Positions 45,616 to 57,303 of a stretch of DNA of 59,729 nucleotides are shown here, piece after piece. Every line of letters starts with the position of its first letter. Positions within the stretch are counted from its first letter, which is position 1. Source of the stretch: a virus (Duplodnaviria > Caudoviricetes); the IMG/VR virus record IMGVR_UViG_3300042485_001429, positions 1-59,729 of that record, one strand, 5' to 3'. The notes beneath the pieces are model-generated. The model searched no databases. It had not been told where the DNA came from and saw only the letters and a program-made list of their open reading frames with translations. The translations under genes were made by a program, and so were the position numbers.

Positions 45616-46095
45616 ATGAAGTACTTAGTTATATTACTTTTATTATTGTCGTCATGCTCCTTAGAAAAAAGGCTGGCGAAGTATTGCCCACTTTGTGTGC
45701 AAAAAGATAGTACAGTAACTATAATACAGCTTAAGGATACAACCATAACAATCCCTGGTGAAACAATAACGCTAATGGACACACTTTATTGTGATTCTCT
45801 TGGTAATGTTATATCTAAATTAAGAGAGGACTTAAGGGACAAAGATGGTACTTTAGTAAGCGTACAAACTAAGATTAAAGATAATGTGTATTACACAAAA
45901 GCTAAGGTACACACAATATATAAAACAATTAAGGGCAATGATGTGTACCACACTAAGGTGGTAACTAAAACATTAAAGCCAGAGAAAATTAAGTATATCC
46001 CATGGTGGGTTAATTTCTTTGCTGTGTTAGGGGTAATACTATTTATATATATATTATATAGATTGATTAAATTATATTTACTTAAAGGGTTTTAA
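45616..46095 (+). CDS. Putative unimolecular spanin
   Basis: Lipobox LLSS-C plus C-terminal transmembrane helix. Confidence 0.65.
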   Translation: MKYLVILLLLLSSCSLEKRLAKYCPLCVQKDSTVTIIQLKDTTITIPGETITLMDTLYCDSLGNVISKLREDLRDKDGTLVSVQTKIKDNVYYTKAKVHTIYKTIKGNDVYHTKVVTKTLKPEKIKYIPWWVNFFAVLGVILFIYILYRLIKLYLLKGF

Positions 46096-46097
46096 CG

Positions 46098-49000
46098 ATG
46101 CAAATAAGTATAGGTATATCTGTAAAGGGAGCACAAACATCAGGTGCATCAGGTGCACCTGTTAATACTGTAATACCTGTAATCTCAGGAACTACTACAA
46201 TAAGCAGTGTTCTTACATCAACAACAGGAACTTGGACTAACTCACCTACTAGTTATGCATACCAATGGAGAAGAAATGGATCGCCAATAGCAAGTGCCAC
46301 AGCCTCTACTTATACATTAGTTGCTAATGATTCAGCAGCAGCCATAACTTGCACAGTAACGGCTATAAATGCTTCGGGTAGTAGTGCACAGACATCCAAT
46401 ACAATTACAGCAGATACCTATTCACCTGTACTTACTTCTGCACCTGTAATATCAGGATCTACTGCTTTAGGAGGTGTGTTATCATCAACAACAGGTACTT
46501 GGACAGGAATACCTACGATTACTTATGCATACCAATGGAGAAGGGGTGCAACAGATATACCAAGTGCTACATCTTCTACCTACACTTTAGTAGTAGCAGA
46601 TTCTGCACAAAACATAACTTGCAGAGTAACTGCAACGAATTCAGCAGGATCAAATAATGTACTATCTAATACAATTACTGCACAAACCTATACAGCACCT
46701 TCTAATGTAGGTGCACCTGTAATTAGTGGTACAACTACTTTAGGTAGCACATTAACATCAACAACAGGGACTTTTACAGGCAATCCAACACCTACTTATG
46801 CATACCAATGGAAGCGAGGGGCTACTAACATAGGCACTAATTCATCAACTTATGTTTTAGTTTCAGCAGACTCAGCGGCAGCCATAACTTGTGTTGTTAC
46901 TGCTACGAATGCATTGGGAAGTTCAAGTGCAACGTCTAATACAATTACAGCAGATACTTACGCAGCACCTGTAAATTCGTCACCACCTTTAATTAGTGGT
47001 ACAACTACAATAGGTAGTCTTTTGACATCTACTTTAGGTGGTTGGCTTAACTTACCTACTAGTTATGCCTTCCAATGGAAAAGAAATACAATTGATATAC
47101 CAAGTGCCACAACATCTACTTATACATTAGTTCAAGCAGACTCGGCAAGTGCAATTACTTGTGTAGTTACTGCTACTAATGCTTTTGGCTCAACACCATC
47201 AACATCTAACACACTTACTACACCAACATATGCTACTGCATTTACATCAACGTGGGCTGTAACCGCAGGTGAAACTATAACCTTACCATATGAGGTTGCA
47301 GGTACATACTCAGGTACTATTGATTGGGGTGACAGCACGACAAGTGTAAATAGTTATGCTAACAGAACGCACACTTACGCAACAGCAGGTACTTACACTA
47401 TTTCAATCACAGGAGTAACTACAGGCTTTAGATTTAACAATACAGGAAGTAAAGCTAACATCAGCACCATTACAAATTGGGGTACTTTAAGATTAGGGAA
47501 TAGTGGCAATTATTTCCATGGTTGTTCAATCTTAACTTTAACTACAGTTGTAGGAACACTAGACTTGACAGGAACAACGGATTTTACTAATATGTTTAAT
47601 AGTTGTAGTTCACTTACAACTGTTAACGGTATTAATTCTTGGAATACATCAGCAGTTACAAGTATTGATAACATGTTTGCAAGTTGCGGTAACTTTAACC
47701 AAGCATTAACATTTAACACAGCATCAGTTACGAGCATGCAAGGTATGTTTATTGATTGCATAAACTTTAATTCTTCATTAACATTTACTACAGGAGCAGT
47801 TACTGATATGTCAACTATGTTTAACGGTGCAACAGCATTTGATGGTTTACTAACATTTACAAGTACAGCATCAGTTACAAGTATGCAAGCTATGTTTTTT
47901 AATTGTCCTAACTTTAATAAAGCATTGTCTTTTAACACAGTAGCAGTTACTAATATGTCTTTTATGTTTGGAGGAGCTTCTGCATTCAATCAAGACATAA
48001 GTTCTTGGAATACAGTAGCAGTTACTAATATGTCTTTTATGTTTTTTGGAGCTTCTGCATTTAATCAAAACATAGGTTCTTGGGACACAGCATCGGTTAC
48101 AAGTATGGCTCAAATGTTTTTTGGAGCTTCTGTATTTAATCAAGACATAGGTTCTTGGGACACAGTGGCAGTTACAGATATGAGTAATATGTTTAATGGT
48201 GCTTCTGCATTCAATCAAGACATAGGTTCTTGGAGCGTGGTAAATGTTACAAACTTTACAAACTTTATGGCAAGTAAAACAAAAGTAACATTCTCTGCCG
48301 CTAATTTATCTGCTATTTATAATGGTTGGAGTGCAAGTGGAGTGTCCCCAAGCATTGCTATAAGTTTTGGTACTGCTGAATACACAGCAGCAGGAGCAGC
48401 AGGAAAAGCAGTATTAGTAGCAGCACCAAATAATTGGACAATAACAGACGGAGGGCAGGAACCTACTGCATTCACATCAACGTGGCTTGTAACAGCAGGG
48501 GAAACTATTACGTTGCCTTATGAGGTTACAGGTACATATTCAGGAACGATAGATTGGGGAGATTCAAGCACATCTACTAATAGCTATGCAAATAGAACAC
48601 ATACCTATGTAGGTGCGGGTACTTACACTATTTCAATCACAGGTGTAACTACAGGCTTCAGATTTAACAATACAGGTAGTAAACTTAATATCAGAACTAT
48701 TACAAATTGGGGTACTTTAAAATTAGGGAATAGTGGAAGTTATTTTTATGGTTGTTCAAATTTAACTTTAACTACAGTTGCAGGAACACTAGACTTAACA
48801 GGCACAAACGATTTTATTAATATGTTTAATAGTTGTAGTTCACTTACAACTGTTAATGGAATTAATTCTTGGAACACAGGAGCAGTTACAAATATGCTTG
48901 GTATGTTTCAAAATTGCAGTAACTTTAACCAAGCATTATCATTTAACACAGCATCAGTACAAAATATGCAAAGTATGTTTAATAATGATGTAAACTTTAA

Positions 49001-49532
49001 TTCTTCATTAACATTTAATACAGGTTTAGTAAATAATATGAGTTTTCTGTTTTTTGGGTGTTCTCAACTTAATACTGCACCAACATTTACAAGTACAGCA
49101 GCAGTTACGAACATGCAAAGTATGTTTAGAGCCTGTATTAACTTTAACAAACCATTGACACTTAACACATCTTCAGTTAATTTTATGACGAATATGTTTA
49201 ACGGTGCAACAGCATTTAATCAAAATATAGGTACTTGGAACACAGTAGCAGTTACGAGCATGCAAGGTATGTTTAACGGTGCAACAGCATTTAATCAAAA
49301 CATAGGTTCTTGGAATGTGGCTAATGTTACAAACTTTACAGACTTTATGGTTACTAAAACCCCTGCAACTTTCTCTACTACCAACTTAGATGCAATATAT
49401 AATGGATGGGTAACAGTTCAATCAAGTAGAACAATAACATTTGGAACAGCAAAATATTCAGCAGCAGGAGTTGCAGGAAGAAATTATTTAACAACAACAA
49501 AATTATGGACAATAACAGATGGAGGGCTTTAA
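46098..49532 (+). CDS. Head fibre/adhesin: 4 Ig-like repeats plus 2x (PKD-like + BspA/DUF285 repeats)
   Basis: P.ISG......LTST.G.W....YAYQW repeats; IDWGD; WNT..VT.M..MF..ASAFNQ.I 25-aa repeats. Confidence 0.8.
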   Translation: MQISIGISVKGAQTSGASGAPVNTVIPVISGTTTISSVLTSTTGTWTNSPTSYAYQWRRNGSPIASATASTYTLVANDSAAAITCTVTAINASGSSAQTSNTITADTYSPVLTSAPVISGSTALGGVLSSTTGTWTGIPTITYAYQWRRGATDIPSATSSTYTLVVADSAQNITCRVTATNSAGSNNVLSNTITAQTYTAPSNVGAPVISGTTTLGSTLTSTTGTFTGNPTPTYAYQWKRGATNIGTNSSTYVLVSADSAAAITCVVTATNALGSSSATSNTITADTYAAPVNSSPPLISGTTTIGSLLTSTLGGWLNLPTSYAFQWKRNTIDIPSATTSTYTLVQADSASAITCVVTATNAFGSTPSTSNTLTTPTYATAFTSTWAVTAGETITLPYEVAGTYSGTIDWGDSTTSVNSYANRTHTYATAGTYTISITGVTTGFRFNNTGSKANISTITNWGTLRLGNSGNYFHGCSILTLTTVVGTLDLTGTTDFTNMFNSCSSLTTVNGINSWNTSAVTSIDNMFASCGNFNQALTFNTASVTSMQGMFIDCINFNSSLTFTTGAVTDMSTMFNGATAFDGLLTFTSTASVTSMQAMFFNCPNFNKALSFNTVAVTNMSFMFGGASAFNQDISSWNTVAVTNMSFMFFGASAFNQNIGSWDTASVTSMAQMFFGASVFNQDIGSWDTVAVTDMSNMFNGASAFNQDIGSWSVVNVTNFTNFMASKTKVTFSAANLSAIYNGWSASGVSPSIAISFGTAEYTAAGAAGKAVLVAAPNNWTITDGGQEPTAFTSTWLVTAGETITLPYEVTGTYSGTIDWGDSSTSTNSYANRTHTYVGAGTYTISITGVTTGFRFNNTGSKLNIRTITNWGTLKLGNSGSYFYGCSNLTLTTVAGTLDLTGTNDFINMFNSCSSLTTVNGINSWNTGAVTNMLGMFQNCSNFNQALSFNTASVQNMQSMFNNDVNFNSSLTFNTGLVNNMSFLFFGCSQLNTAPTFTSTAAVTNMQSMFRACINFNKPLTLNTSSVNFMTNMFNGATAFNQNIGTWNTVAVTSMQGMFNGATAFNQNIGSWNVANVTNFTDFMVTKTPATFSTTNLDAIYNGWVTVQSSRTITFGTAKYSAAGVAGRNYLTTTKLWTITDGGL

Positions 49533-49533
49533 T

Positions 49534-49746
49534 ATGAGATACTATATAGTTTACAACAATGACAAAGTAATATTCTATTATGACGAATTAATAGAAGACC
49601 AATTCTTGGTAACAGGACTTGAAGAAACATTTATAACTGAAGATAAGCAGGAGTTTATTGATAAGTTAAAGAATGATTTTAACGTTGATTATACGGAAGA
49701 AGAAGTTCCTCCTGTGCCTATAAATACGGAAGAACTAGACTTATGA
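49534..49746 (+). CDS. Small acidic protein, possible fibre chaperone
   Basis: MRYYIVYN... directly after the fibre gene. Confidence 0.55.
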   Translation: MRYYIVYNNDKVIFYYDELIEDQFLVTGLEETFITEDKQEFIDKLKNDFNVDYTEEEVPPVPINTEELDL

Positions 49747-50204
49747 GAGCACAACTATCTTTATTAATAATGTCTGTCCAATCACAGCTATTGACACTTA
49801 TATCTATATGCCTTGCATTTTTTATACCAATATCTGGTATACTGCTAATGATTGGAGTACTTATTATTTTTGATACTGTTGCAGGAATCTGGAAGGCCAA
49901 GAAGCTAGGAGAGAAGATTACATCTAGAAGACTATCTGCCATCATTAGTAAGTTAGCATTATACGAATTAACGGTAATAATGTTTTTCTTGATTGATAGA
50001 TTTATTCTCAATGATATCATACTCATTTTTTTCAGTGTACCATTTATGTTGACAAAGGTGGTTGCACTAGTGTTATCCAGCATCGAGGTGATGTCTATCA
50101 ATGAGTCATGGAAGCAAGTCCACCAGCTGGACCTATGGCAAAGTGCTAAACTTCTTTTTGCCAGAGCGAAGGAAATAAAGGACGATATAAATAAACTGAA
50201 ATGA
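49743..50204 (+). CDS. Holin
   Basis: Multiple TMs; DTVAGIWKA, ITSRRL, EVMSINES. Confidence 0.8.
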   Translation: MRAQLSLLIMSVQSQLLTLISICLAFFIPISGILLMIGVLIIFDTVAGIWKAKKLGEKITSRRLSAIISKLALYELTVIMFFLIDRFILNDIILIFFSVPFMLTKVVALVLSSIEVMSINESWKQVHQLDLWQSAKLLFARAKEIKDDINKLK

Positions 50205-50791
50205 TATACACTAGAGAGCAAATAGAGAAAGCTGTAAAGGCTAAAGGATATGTATACTTTTCAGGTGCTAAAGACTATGATGTAAATATTGTAGGAGTAA
50301 GAAACTCAGAACCAGGTCAAAAGGTAACTAATATCTTTGATGATAAGATGACCCTATCTTATAGAGTAGATGGTAAATGGTTTTATCATGAATGGGACAA
50401 CACTACTGAGCCAGGCAAGAAGGGAGTAATGCAATTCCATAATTCTAAAGGAGTTGCAAGATTAGTTCCAGGACAATACAGAGGAGCTTATGCTGTATCT
50501 AAGCACCAAGGAAAGTATGAAGCATTATGTCAAAGATTATCAGATGTGACTGTATGGAGAGATGGTAATAAAGACATGATATTTGATGAGGTTAAAACTG
50601 ATACTGGAATGTTTGGAATTAACATACACAAGGCAGGGACTGTTTCAAGCTTTGTAGAAAACTGGTCAGAAGGATGTCAGGTATTTAAAAGAACTAAGGA
50701 CTTTAATGAGTTTATGGCTATAATTAATAAAGCTAAAGACTTTCATGGCAATCATTTTACATTAACATTGATTGAATCAAATGACATTTAA
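50201..50791 (+). CDS. Putative endolysin (YkuD/L,D-transpeptidase-like His/Cys)
   Basis: GINIHKAG...WSEGCQV; coupled to the holin. Confidence 0.65.
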   Translation: MIYTREQIEKAVKAKGYVYFSGAKDYDVNIVGVRNSEPGQKVTNIFDDKMTLSYRVDGKWFYHEWDNTTEPGKKGVMQFHNSKGVARLVPGQYRGAYAVSKHQGKYEALCQRLSDVTVWRDGNKDMIFDEVKTDTGMFGINIHKAGTVSSFVENWSEGCQVFKRTKDFNEFMAIINKAKDFHGNHFTLTLIESNDI

Positions 50792-50814
50792 AAAAAATAT
50801 GTAAATTTGTAATA

Positions 50815-50949
50815 ATGAAAAAGCAATTAGAATCTAGTAAAAGAATAGTGCGATTTGTTAGTCGTCCAGGTGTTCATGCTAAGAGCAAGACATCAAAGTT
50901 AAAGACATCAAGGAATTATAAAAAAAAATATAAAGGACAAGGGAAATGA
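50815..50949 (+). CDS. 44-aa highly basic peptide
   Basis: RPGVHAKSKTSK...NYKKKYKGQGK; follows TAAATTTG at 50802-50809. Confidence 0.7.
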   Translation: MKKQLESSKRIVRFVSRPGVHAKSKTSKLKTSRNYKKKYKGQGK

Positions 50950-51368
50950 AAATAAATAGCTATAACAATTCAACGCCAACAACAAGTACTACATTAATTG
51001 GATCAGACAGTACGGGAGAGACATTTAATTTTACTGTTCAATCAGTCTTTGACTTAATATACAGTGGTGTATTAAATGTTAACGCTTCTGTTGTTGCAAC
51101 AAATTCACTAACATCTGCCACAATTACTAGCACAAATACATACTTTACTGGCACAGTTGCTGGAGCTAGTTTTGCAATAACTTTTCCAGCTGCAAATTCC
51201 AACTTAAATGGTATAAAGTACACAGTAATGTCCACATTTGCAAGACCTACTACAACATGGATATCTACTGGTGCTACCTTTGTTGGTGCACCTGCTGCAT
51301 TAGTAGCAGATACCCCAGTATGTTTTCAGTACAATCACTCTGACCTTAAGTGGTATAGATCATTATAA
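50946..51368 (+). CDS. Putative structural protein
   Basis: 140 aa, Thr/Ser-rich; LIGSD...TFNFT. Confidence 0.55.
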   Translation: MKINSYNNSTPTTSTTLIGSDSTGETFNFTVQSVFDLIYSGVLNVNASVVATNSLTSATITSTNTYFTGTVAGASFAITFPAANSNLNGIKYTVMSTFARPTTTWISTGATFVGAPAALVADTPVCFQYNHSDLKWYRSL

Positions 51369-51372
51369 TTAG

Positions 51373-51380
51373 TATATTTG
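51373..51380 (+). promoter_or_regulatory. Bacteroidota -7 promoter element
   Basis: TTAGTATATTTGCA upstream of the packaging operon. Confidence 0.7.
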
Positions 51381-51398
51381 CATAATAAATTTAATAAA

Positions 51399-51635
51399 AT
51401 GAAAAAAATAAAAAAAGAGGAGCTCTCTAAGTTAGTTGAGCTTAACACAAACTTTCGGGAATTAAAGTTCCAATTGGCAGACATTGAGGTTACCTTCAAT
51501 AGACTAAAAAGCCAAAAAATCGCTACACTTTCAAATCTTGAAACAGCAGCCTTTGATCTATCGTCTTATCAGGATGAGATAATTAAGGAGTATGGAGACA
51601 TTAAAGTAAATCTACAGACAGGTGAATATAATTAG
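51399..51635 (+). CDS. Coiled-coil hypothetical protein
   Basis: KEYGDIKVNLQTGEY C-terminus. Confidence 0.65.
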   Translation: MKKIKKEELSKLVELNTNFRELKFQLADIEVTFNRLKSQKIATLSNLETAAFDLSSYQDEIIKEYGDIKVNLQTGEYN

Positions 51636-51843
51636 AAAAGTGTCTATTGGCCCTGACTACATGAAGTGCATGCACTATATGTTAGGGCAAGAAGTTCTTG
51701 ATAGAACTTGGGTAATAGATTCCATACTAAAGGATGACTCTGGATCAATATCTATATGGATAATTAAATCTGGAGAAATAATTAAGTGGAAAACTTTTTC
51801 TAGTAACGTTCCAACATCAATAGAGTTTAAAATAGATTTTTAA
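51622..51843 (+). CDS. Conserved hypothetical protein
   Basis: IRKVSIGPDY...MHY..GQ. Confidence 0.65.
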   Translation: MNIIRKVSIGPDYMKCMHYMLGQEVLDRTWVIDSILKDDSGSISIWIIKSGEIIKWKTFSSNVPTSIEFKIDF

Positions 51844-52403
51844 TGAAGTCACCATACTGTTTTATCATCAAGCCAGTTGATGGAAAGCGGTACGATAATA
51901 TAAGAACTTACGGAGGTAAGCCATTTGTCATAAGCTCATCACAGGAGGACCACAAATCTACAAATAGGTTTGCTGAGGTAATATGCACACCAATGTACTA
52001 CACTGGACCAATAATGCCAGGAGACATAGTCGTTGTTCATCACAACACATTTAAGTTTTACTACGACATGAAGGGTAGACAAAAGAGTAGCTGGAACTAC
52101 TTGTTTGACGACTTATTTATTGTTCAGGACGATCAACTGTACCTTTACAAGTCAGGTGAATCTGATTGGATGGCACCGTCACCATTTTGTTTTGTGAAGC
52201 CAATCCCATCTGAGGATAAGGTGTTCTCATCTTTGGGCAGCCTTGAGGAATTGTGGGGTGAACTAATCTTTACCAATAATGAATTAGAGGGCGTATCTGT
52301 TGGAGATGTAGTTTCATTTACTCCAGACAGCGAGTATGAGTTTAAGATAAACGGTGATTTAGTTTACAGAATGTACAACAGGAACATATGTCTAAAAAAA
52401 TAG
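51843..52403 (+). CDS. Tandem GroES-like-domain protein
   Basis: Two repeats FIIKP...PGDIVVV and FVKP...VGDVVSF. Confidence 0.55.
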   Translation: MKSPYCFIIKPVDGKRYDNIRTYGGKPFVISSSQEDHKSTNRFAEVICTPMYYTGPIMPGDIVVVHHNTFKFYYDMKGRQKSSWNYLFDDLFIVQDDQLYLYKSGESDWMAPSPFCFVKPIPSEDKVFSSLGSLEELWGELIFTNNELEGVSVGDVVSFTPDSEYEFKINGDLVYRMYNRNICLKK

Positions 52404-52663
52404 AGATACTTGAGGCTGGTAAGAAGGCTATTGACGAGCTTATTAAGGTTCTGATGGAGCCAATTATTACTCATGCTGAGGACGACCTTACAGCTGATAA
52501 ATTGAAAAATGCAGCATCTGCTAAAAAGTTAGCCTTTGATGATGCACTATCTATGCTACATAAGATTGAGGAGGAGGAGAACAAAGATAAAAATGTAGAC
52601 ATCGTTAAGATTGATCATGGAAGGCAAGGATTTGCCGAAGGAAGAGCTAAGAATGGAAAATAA
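52388..52663 (+). CDS. Putative terminase small subunit
   Basis: Small helical protein directly upstream of TerL. Confidence 0.45.
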   Translation: MSKKIEILEAGKKAIDELIKVLMEPIITHAEDDLTADKLKNAASAKKLAFDDALSMLHKIEEEENKDKNVDIVKIDHGRQGFAEGRAKNGK

Positions 52664-54872
52664 CTTATACAGGGTTGTTTTAGATCAAGTTCCTAAAAGT
52701 GTTGTAACTACAAGGAATAAAAAGAAAGCATGGTCTTACGGATACAGCAGTGACTATGACTTTGTTGTAATATCTAAGGACGGTACTATAGGTGAGATAT
52801 ACGAAATAGGAGGCCTAAAGGTTGCACTTCCAAGCACCCCAACCAAGGTAGACAACTTTAATAATGTTTGGACTCCAAAAGAATACCCTGAAGAACTACA
52901 AAAAATAAAAACTATTTTTGATTGGAATAGGAGGGACAATATTTTTAAGTCACGGTATATAGACTTAGTCGAGGGTGAGTTTGACAAGAGGGAGTATGGG
53001 TATTGGTTTATGAATAATAACACCCCTACCTACGTGACTGGTAGTCATTACATGTACTTACAGTGGACAAAGATAGACGTAGGACTTCCTGATTTTCGTG
53101 AGTCAAACAGGATATTTTATATTTTCTGGGAGGCTTGTAAGGCTGACGCTAGATCTTTTGGTATGTGCTACCTAAAGAACAGACGTTCTGGATTTTCTTT
53201 TATGAGCTCGTCTGAGTCTTGTAGCACTGGTACTATAGTGCGTGACTCTAGAATTGGTATACTATCTAAGACAGGTTCTGATGCAAAAAAAATGTTTACT
53301 GATAAGGTTGTTCCGATAATACGTAACTACCCATTTTTCTTTAAGCCTATTCAAGACGGTATGGACAATCCAAAGACTGAGCTTGCGTTTAGGGTTCCAG
53401 CTTCAAAGATTACAAGAAGGAACATGGACGATGAAAAGACTGAAGAGATTGATGGTCTTGATACTACGATTGACTGGAAGAATACTGCTGACAATAGTTA
53501 TGACGGTGAAAAATTACTATTGCTAGTTCATGACGAATCTGGAAAGTGGGAGAAGCCTGAAAACATTCTAAACAATTGGCGTGTAACAAAGACCTGTCTT
53601 AGATTGGGATCAAAGATTGTAGGTAAGTGTATGATGGGATCAACGTCAAATGCATTGTCTAAGGGTGGTGATAACTTTAAGAAACTATTTAACGATAGCA
53701 ACCCTGCATCACGATCTGCCAATGGTCAGACCAAGCAGGGATTGTATTCTTTATTTATACCAATGGAATGGAATATTGAGGGGTACATTGATAGGTACGG
53801 ATGGCCAGTTTTTGAAGACCCAAAAACACCAGTTATTGGAATGGACGGAGAAAAAATAACCAACGGTGTTATTACTTGGTGGACAAACGAGGTTACTGCA
53901 TTGAAGTCTGATGCTGACGCACTAAATGAATTTTATCGGCAGTTTCCAAGGACGGAGTCTCATGCATTTAGGGATGAGTCAAAGCAGTCATTATTTAACT
54001 TGACAAAGATATACCAACAGATTGACTATAACGACTCATTAATAAAGGATAGAGTCTTAACTAGGGGTTATTTCCACTGGAAGGACGGTAAGCCAGACAC
54101 GACTGTTGTATGGACCCCAGATCAGAAGGGTAGATTTCTTGTGTCATGGATACCAGAGCAAAACAAAAGAAACAACGTAATAGACAGAAAGGGATTAAAG
54201 TATCCTGGAAATGAAAACATTGGCTCGTTTGGGTGTGACCCGTATGACATATCTGGTGTTGTAGGTGGTGGTGGATCAAATGGTGCCCTTCATGGAATGA
54301 CTAAATTTCACATGGAAAACGCTCCAACAAATGAATTTTTTTTAGAGTATATAGCACGGCCTCAGACAGCGGAGATATTCTTTGAGGATGTTCTTATGGC
54401 ATGTGTATTTTATGGTATGCCAATACTAATTGAGAACAATAAGCAGCGACTACTGTATCACTTTAAAAATAGAGGGTACAGACCATTCTCAATTAATCGT
54501 CCAGACAAACACTACAGCAAGCTCTCTAAGACAGAGATAGAGCTCGGTGGTATACCTAACTCATCTGAGGATGTAAAACAAGCCCATGCGGCAGCTATTG
54601 GCTCTTACATTGAAGAATACGTTGGTTTGGATCTTGAGGGAACATACCGTGACCAAGACTCTATGGGGTCTATGTATTTTATAAAAACCCTTGAAGATTG
54701 GGCTAGGTTTGATATAAACAACAGGACAAAGCACGATGCCTCAATTAGTTCTGGTCTTGCAATTATGTCTACAAAAAAGTACATCGTTAATCAAGAGAAA
54801 ACAAATACAAAAATAAGTATTAAATTTGCAAGATACGATAATACAGGCAACCGAAGCGAAATAAAAAAATAA
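52653..54872 (+). CDS. terL: Terminase large subunit
   Basis: KNRRSGFS Walker A, LLVHDE Walker B, GCDPYD RNase H-like nuclease. Confidence 0.9.
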   Translation: MENNLYRVVLDQVPKSVVTTRNKKKAWSYGYSSDYDFVVISKDGTIGEIYEIGGLKVALPSTPTKVDNFNNVWTPKEYPEELQKIKTIFDWNRRDNIFKSRYIDLVEGEFDKREYGYWFMNNNTPTYVTGSHYMYLQWTKIDVGLPDFRESNRIFYIFWEACKADARSFGMCYLKNRRSGFSFMSSSESCSTGTIVRDSRIGILSKTGSDAKKMFTDKVVPIIRNYPFFFKPIQDGMDNPKTELAFRVPASKITRRNMDDEKTEEIDGLDTTIDWKNTADNSYDGEKLLLLVHDESGKWEKPENILNNWRVTKTCLRLGSKIVGKCMMGSTSNALSKGGDNFKKLFNDSNPASRSANGQTKQGLYSLFIPMEWNIEGYIDRYGWPVFEDPKTPVIGMDGEKITNGVITWWTNEVTALKSDADALNEFYRQFPRTESHAFRDESKQSLFNLTKIYQQIDYNDSLIKDRVLTRGYFHWKDGKPDTTVVWTPDQKGRFLVSWIPEQNKRNNVIDRKGLKYPGNENIGSFGCDPYDISGVVGGGGSNGALHGMTKFHMENAPTNEFFLEYIARPQTAEIFFEDVLMACVFYGMPILIENNKQRLLYHFKNRGYRPFSINRPDKHYSKLSKTEIELGGIPNSSEDVKQAHAAAIGSYIEEYVGLDLEGTYRDQDSMGSMYFIKTLEDWARFDINNRTKHDASISSGLAIMSTKKYIVNQEKTNTKISIKFARYDNTGNRSEIKK

Positions 54873-57301
54873 TGGATAAACCATCAGTTTTAATACAACA
54901 ACGATCATTCCCCAACCAGAACGCAACCGATGAAGAAAAAGCAACAATTGAATATGGCTTAAAGGTAGCAAAGGCAATTGAGGGAGAGTGGTTTAAAAAA
55001 AATACAAATAGTTGTAGGTTCTACAATCAATGGGGCAATTACCATACACTTAGATTATACGCTAGGGGTGAACAACCAACTCAAAAATATAAAAACGAGT
55101 TATCTATAGATGGAGACCTGTCTCACTTAAACCTTGACTGGTCGCCAATACCTATTATTCCGAAGTTTGTTGACATTGTTGTCAACGGAATGTCTGACAG
55201 ACTATTTACAATTAAGGCTGAGGCTCAGGATGTTATGTCTGCTGAACAAAAGAATATGTTTCAGGACATGATCGAGTCAGACATGATCGCAAAAGACTTC
55301 CTTAATCTAACTAAGTCTGAATTTGGAGTTGATGCATTTAATATTGACCCAAATGAATTACCAGAAAATGATGAGGAATTATCGTTGTACATGCAACTTA
55401 AGTATAAGCCTAGCATTGAAATTGCTGAAGAAATAGCAATAGATACTATACTTAAGATGAATGACTATTCAGAAACAAGGAGCCTTATCGATTACGATAT
55501 GACTACAATTGGTCTTGGCGTAGCAAAGCATTCATTTTTAATTAATGATGGTGTAAACATTGAGTATGTAGACCCTGCTAACTGGATACATAGCTACACT
55601 GAAAAGCCTGATTTTTCTGACTGTTATTATTTCGGAGAGGTAAAGATGGTCCACTATACTGAACTAAGAAAGATCAATCCAAACTTAACAGATGAAGAAT
55701 TAACTGAGATAAGAAACGCTAGTTCTGCTTGGTATGATTATTTTCCAATAATAAAAACGTATCAGGACGATGCTTTTTTAAATGAAGTCGTAACACTACT
55801 TTATGTTAACTACAAGACAGACATGAAGTTTGTTTGGAAGAAAAAAATATTAGAGAACGGTGGCGAAAAGGTAATAAGAAAAGATTCATCATTTAATCCT
55901 CCAGTTGAGGAAGGGATGATGTACGAGAAGATAGAGTCTGTTAAGGATGTGTGGTACGATGGTATATTAGTTGGTGGATCTAACAAGATGATAAAGTGGG
56001 AGATGATGAAAAACATGGTCCGACCAAAGTCAGCTTCACAGAACGCTATGCCTAATTATATTGCATACGCACCTAGAATGTACAAAGGAAATGTTGAGTC
56101 TCTTGTTAAGAGAATGATACCATTTGCAGATCAGATACAACTAACACACCTTAAGTTACAACAGGTAATGGCTAGAATTGTTCCAGATGGAGTCTTTATT
56201 GACGCTGACGGAATAAATGAAGTTGACTTGGGTACAGGTGCAGCATACAATCCAGAAGATGCATTAAAGATGTACTTCCAAACTGGTAGTGTAATAGGAA
56301 GAAGCTATACTCAAGATGGTGATTTCAATAATGCTAGAATCCCTATTCAGGAGTTAAATACAAATAGTGGTCAGTCTAAGATGGCTGCACTTATTGGTAA
56401 CTACAATCATAACTTAAGCATGATTCGTGACGTTACTGGAATAAATGAGGCTAGAGATGGATCGACACCTAATCCAGACGCACTAGTTGGAATACAGAAG
56501 ATGGCTGCACTAAGCTCTAATACAGCGACAAGGCACATACTAGAGGCTGGTCTATCTATAACAAGAAGATTAGCAACGTGTATATCATTAAGAATTGGTG
56601 ACATACTTGAGTACTCTGACTTTGTTGAGGAGTTCTCTATGCAGATAGGAAAGTATAACGTTGGTATTCTTGATGAGATAAAAGAATTATATCTACATGA
56701 CTTTGGAATATTTATAGAGATATCTCCAGACGAAGAACAAAAACTAAACCTAGAAAAGAACATACAGATTGCACTACAACAGCAAACAATTGACTTAGAA
56801 GATGCTATTGACATTAGAATGATCAATAACATGAAGCTAGCAAATGAGATGCTTAAGGTTAAGCGTAGAAAAAGAATGGAGACACAGCAGAAGCAAAAGC
56901 AAGAAGAGATGCAGATGCAAGGCCAGATGAACATGCAGTCACAACAAGCGGCAGCAGAACAGAAGGCACAGTTATTCCAACTCGAGGCTCAGGCTAAAAT
57001 GCAGATAAAAGAAGCTGAAGCAAACTACGCTATAAAAACAATGCAGGCTGAAGTTGAAGCAAAGAGATCCTTAATGGAGTTAGAATTTGAGTACAACATG
57101 CAATTAAAAGGTATTGAGGTAGACGGAATGTTAACAAGAGATAAAGACAAAGAGAAGGCTAAGGATAAAAGAGTTGACCTTCAGGCTACTAGACAGTCTG
57201 ACTTAATTAACCAAAGAAAAAATAACTTGCCGCCAATGAACTTTGAAAGCACTGAAGATTCGTTAGATGGATTTGATTTAGAATCTTTTAATCCTAGATA
57301 A
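54872..57301 (+). CDS. Portal protein
   Basis: 809 aa after TerL; PIIPKFVDIVV, RDVTGINEARDG, Gln-rich C-terminal coil. Confidence 0.85.
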   Translation: MDKPSVLIQQRSFPNQNATDEEKATIEYGLKVAKAIEGEWFKKNTNSCRFYNQWGNYHTLRLYARGEQPTQKYKNELSIDGDLSHLNLDWSPIPIIPKFVDIVVNGMSDRLFTIKAEAQDVMSAEQKNMFQDMIESDMIAKDFLNLTKSEFGVDAFNIDPNELPENDEELSLYMQLKYKPSIEIAEEIAIDTILKMNDYSETRSLIDYDMTTIGLGVAKHSFLINDGVNIEYVDPANWIHSYTEKPDFSDCYYFGEVKMVHYTELRKINPNLTDEELTEIRNASSAWYDYFPIIKTYQDDAFLNEVVTLLYVNYKTDMKFVWKKKILENGGEKVIRKDSSFNPPVEEGMMYEKIESVKDVWYDGILVGGSNKMIKWEMMKNMVRPKSASQNAMPNYIAYAPRMYKGNVESLVKRMIPFADQIQLTHLKLQQVMARIVPDGVFIDADGINEVDLGTGAAYNPEDALKMYFQTGSVIGRSYTQDGDFNNARIPIQELNTNSGQSKMAALIGNYNHNLSMIRDVTGINEARDGSTPNPDALVGIQKMAALSSNTATRHILEAGLSITRRLATCISLRIGDILEYSDFVEEFSMQIGKYNVGILDEIKELYLHDFGIFIEISPDEEQKLNLEKNIQIALQQQTIDLEDAIDIRMINNMKLANEMLKVKRRKRMETQQKQKQEEMQMQGQMNMQSQQAAAEQKAQLFQLEAQAKMQIKEAEANYAIKTMQAEVEAKRSLMELEFEYNMQLKGIEVDGMLTRDKDKEKAKDKRVDLQATRQSDLINQRKNNLPPMNFESTEDSLDGFDLESFNPR

Positions 57302-57303
57302 TA

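Noticed and set aside
47235-49520. Diversity-generating retroelement TR/VR pair
   Set aside because: Both copies are in-frame coding modules, differences are not A-specific, and no reverse transcriptase was seen
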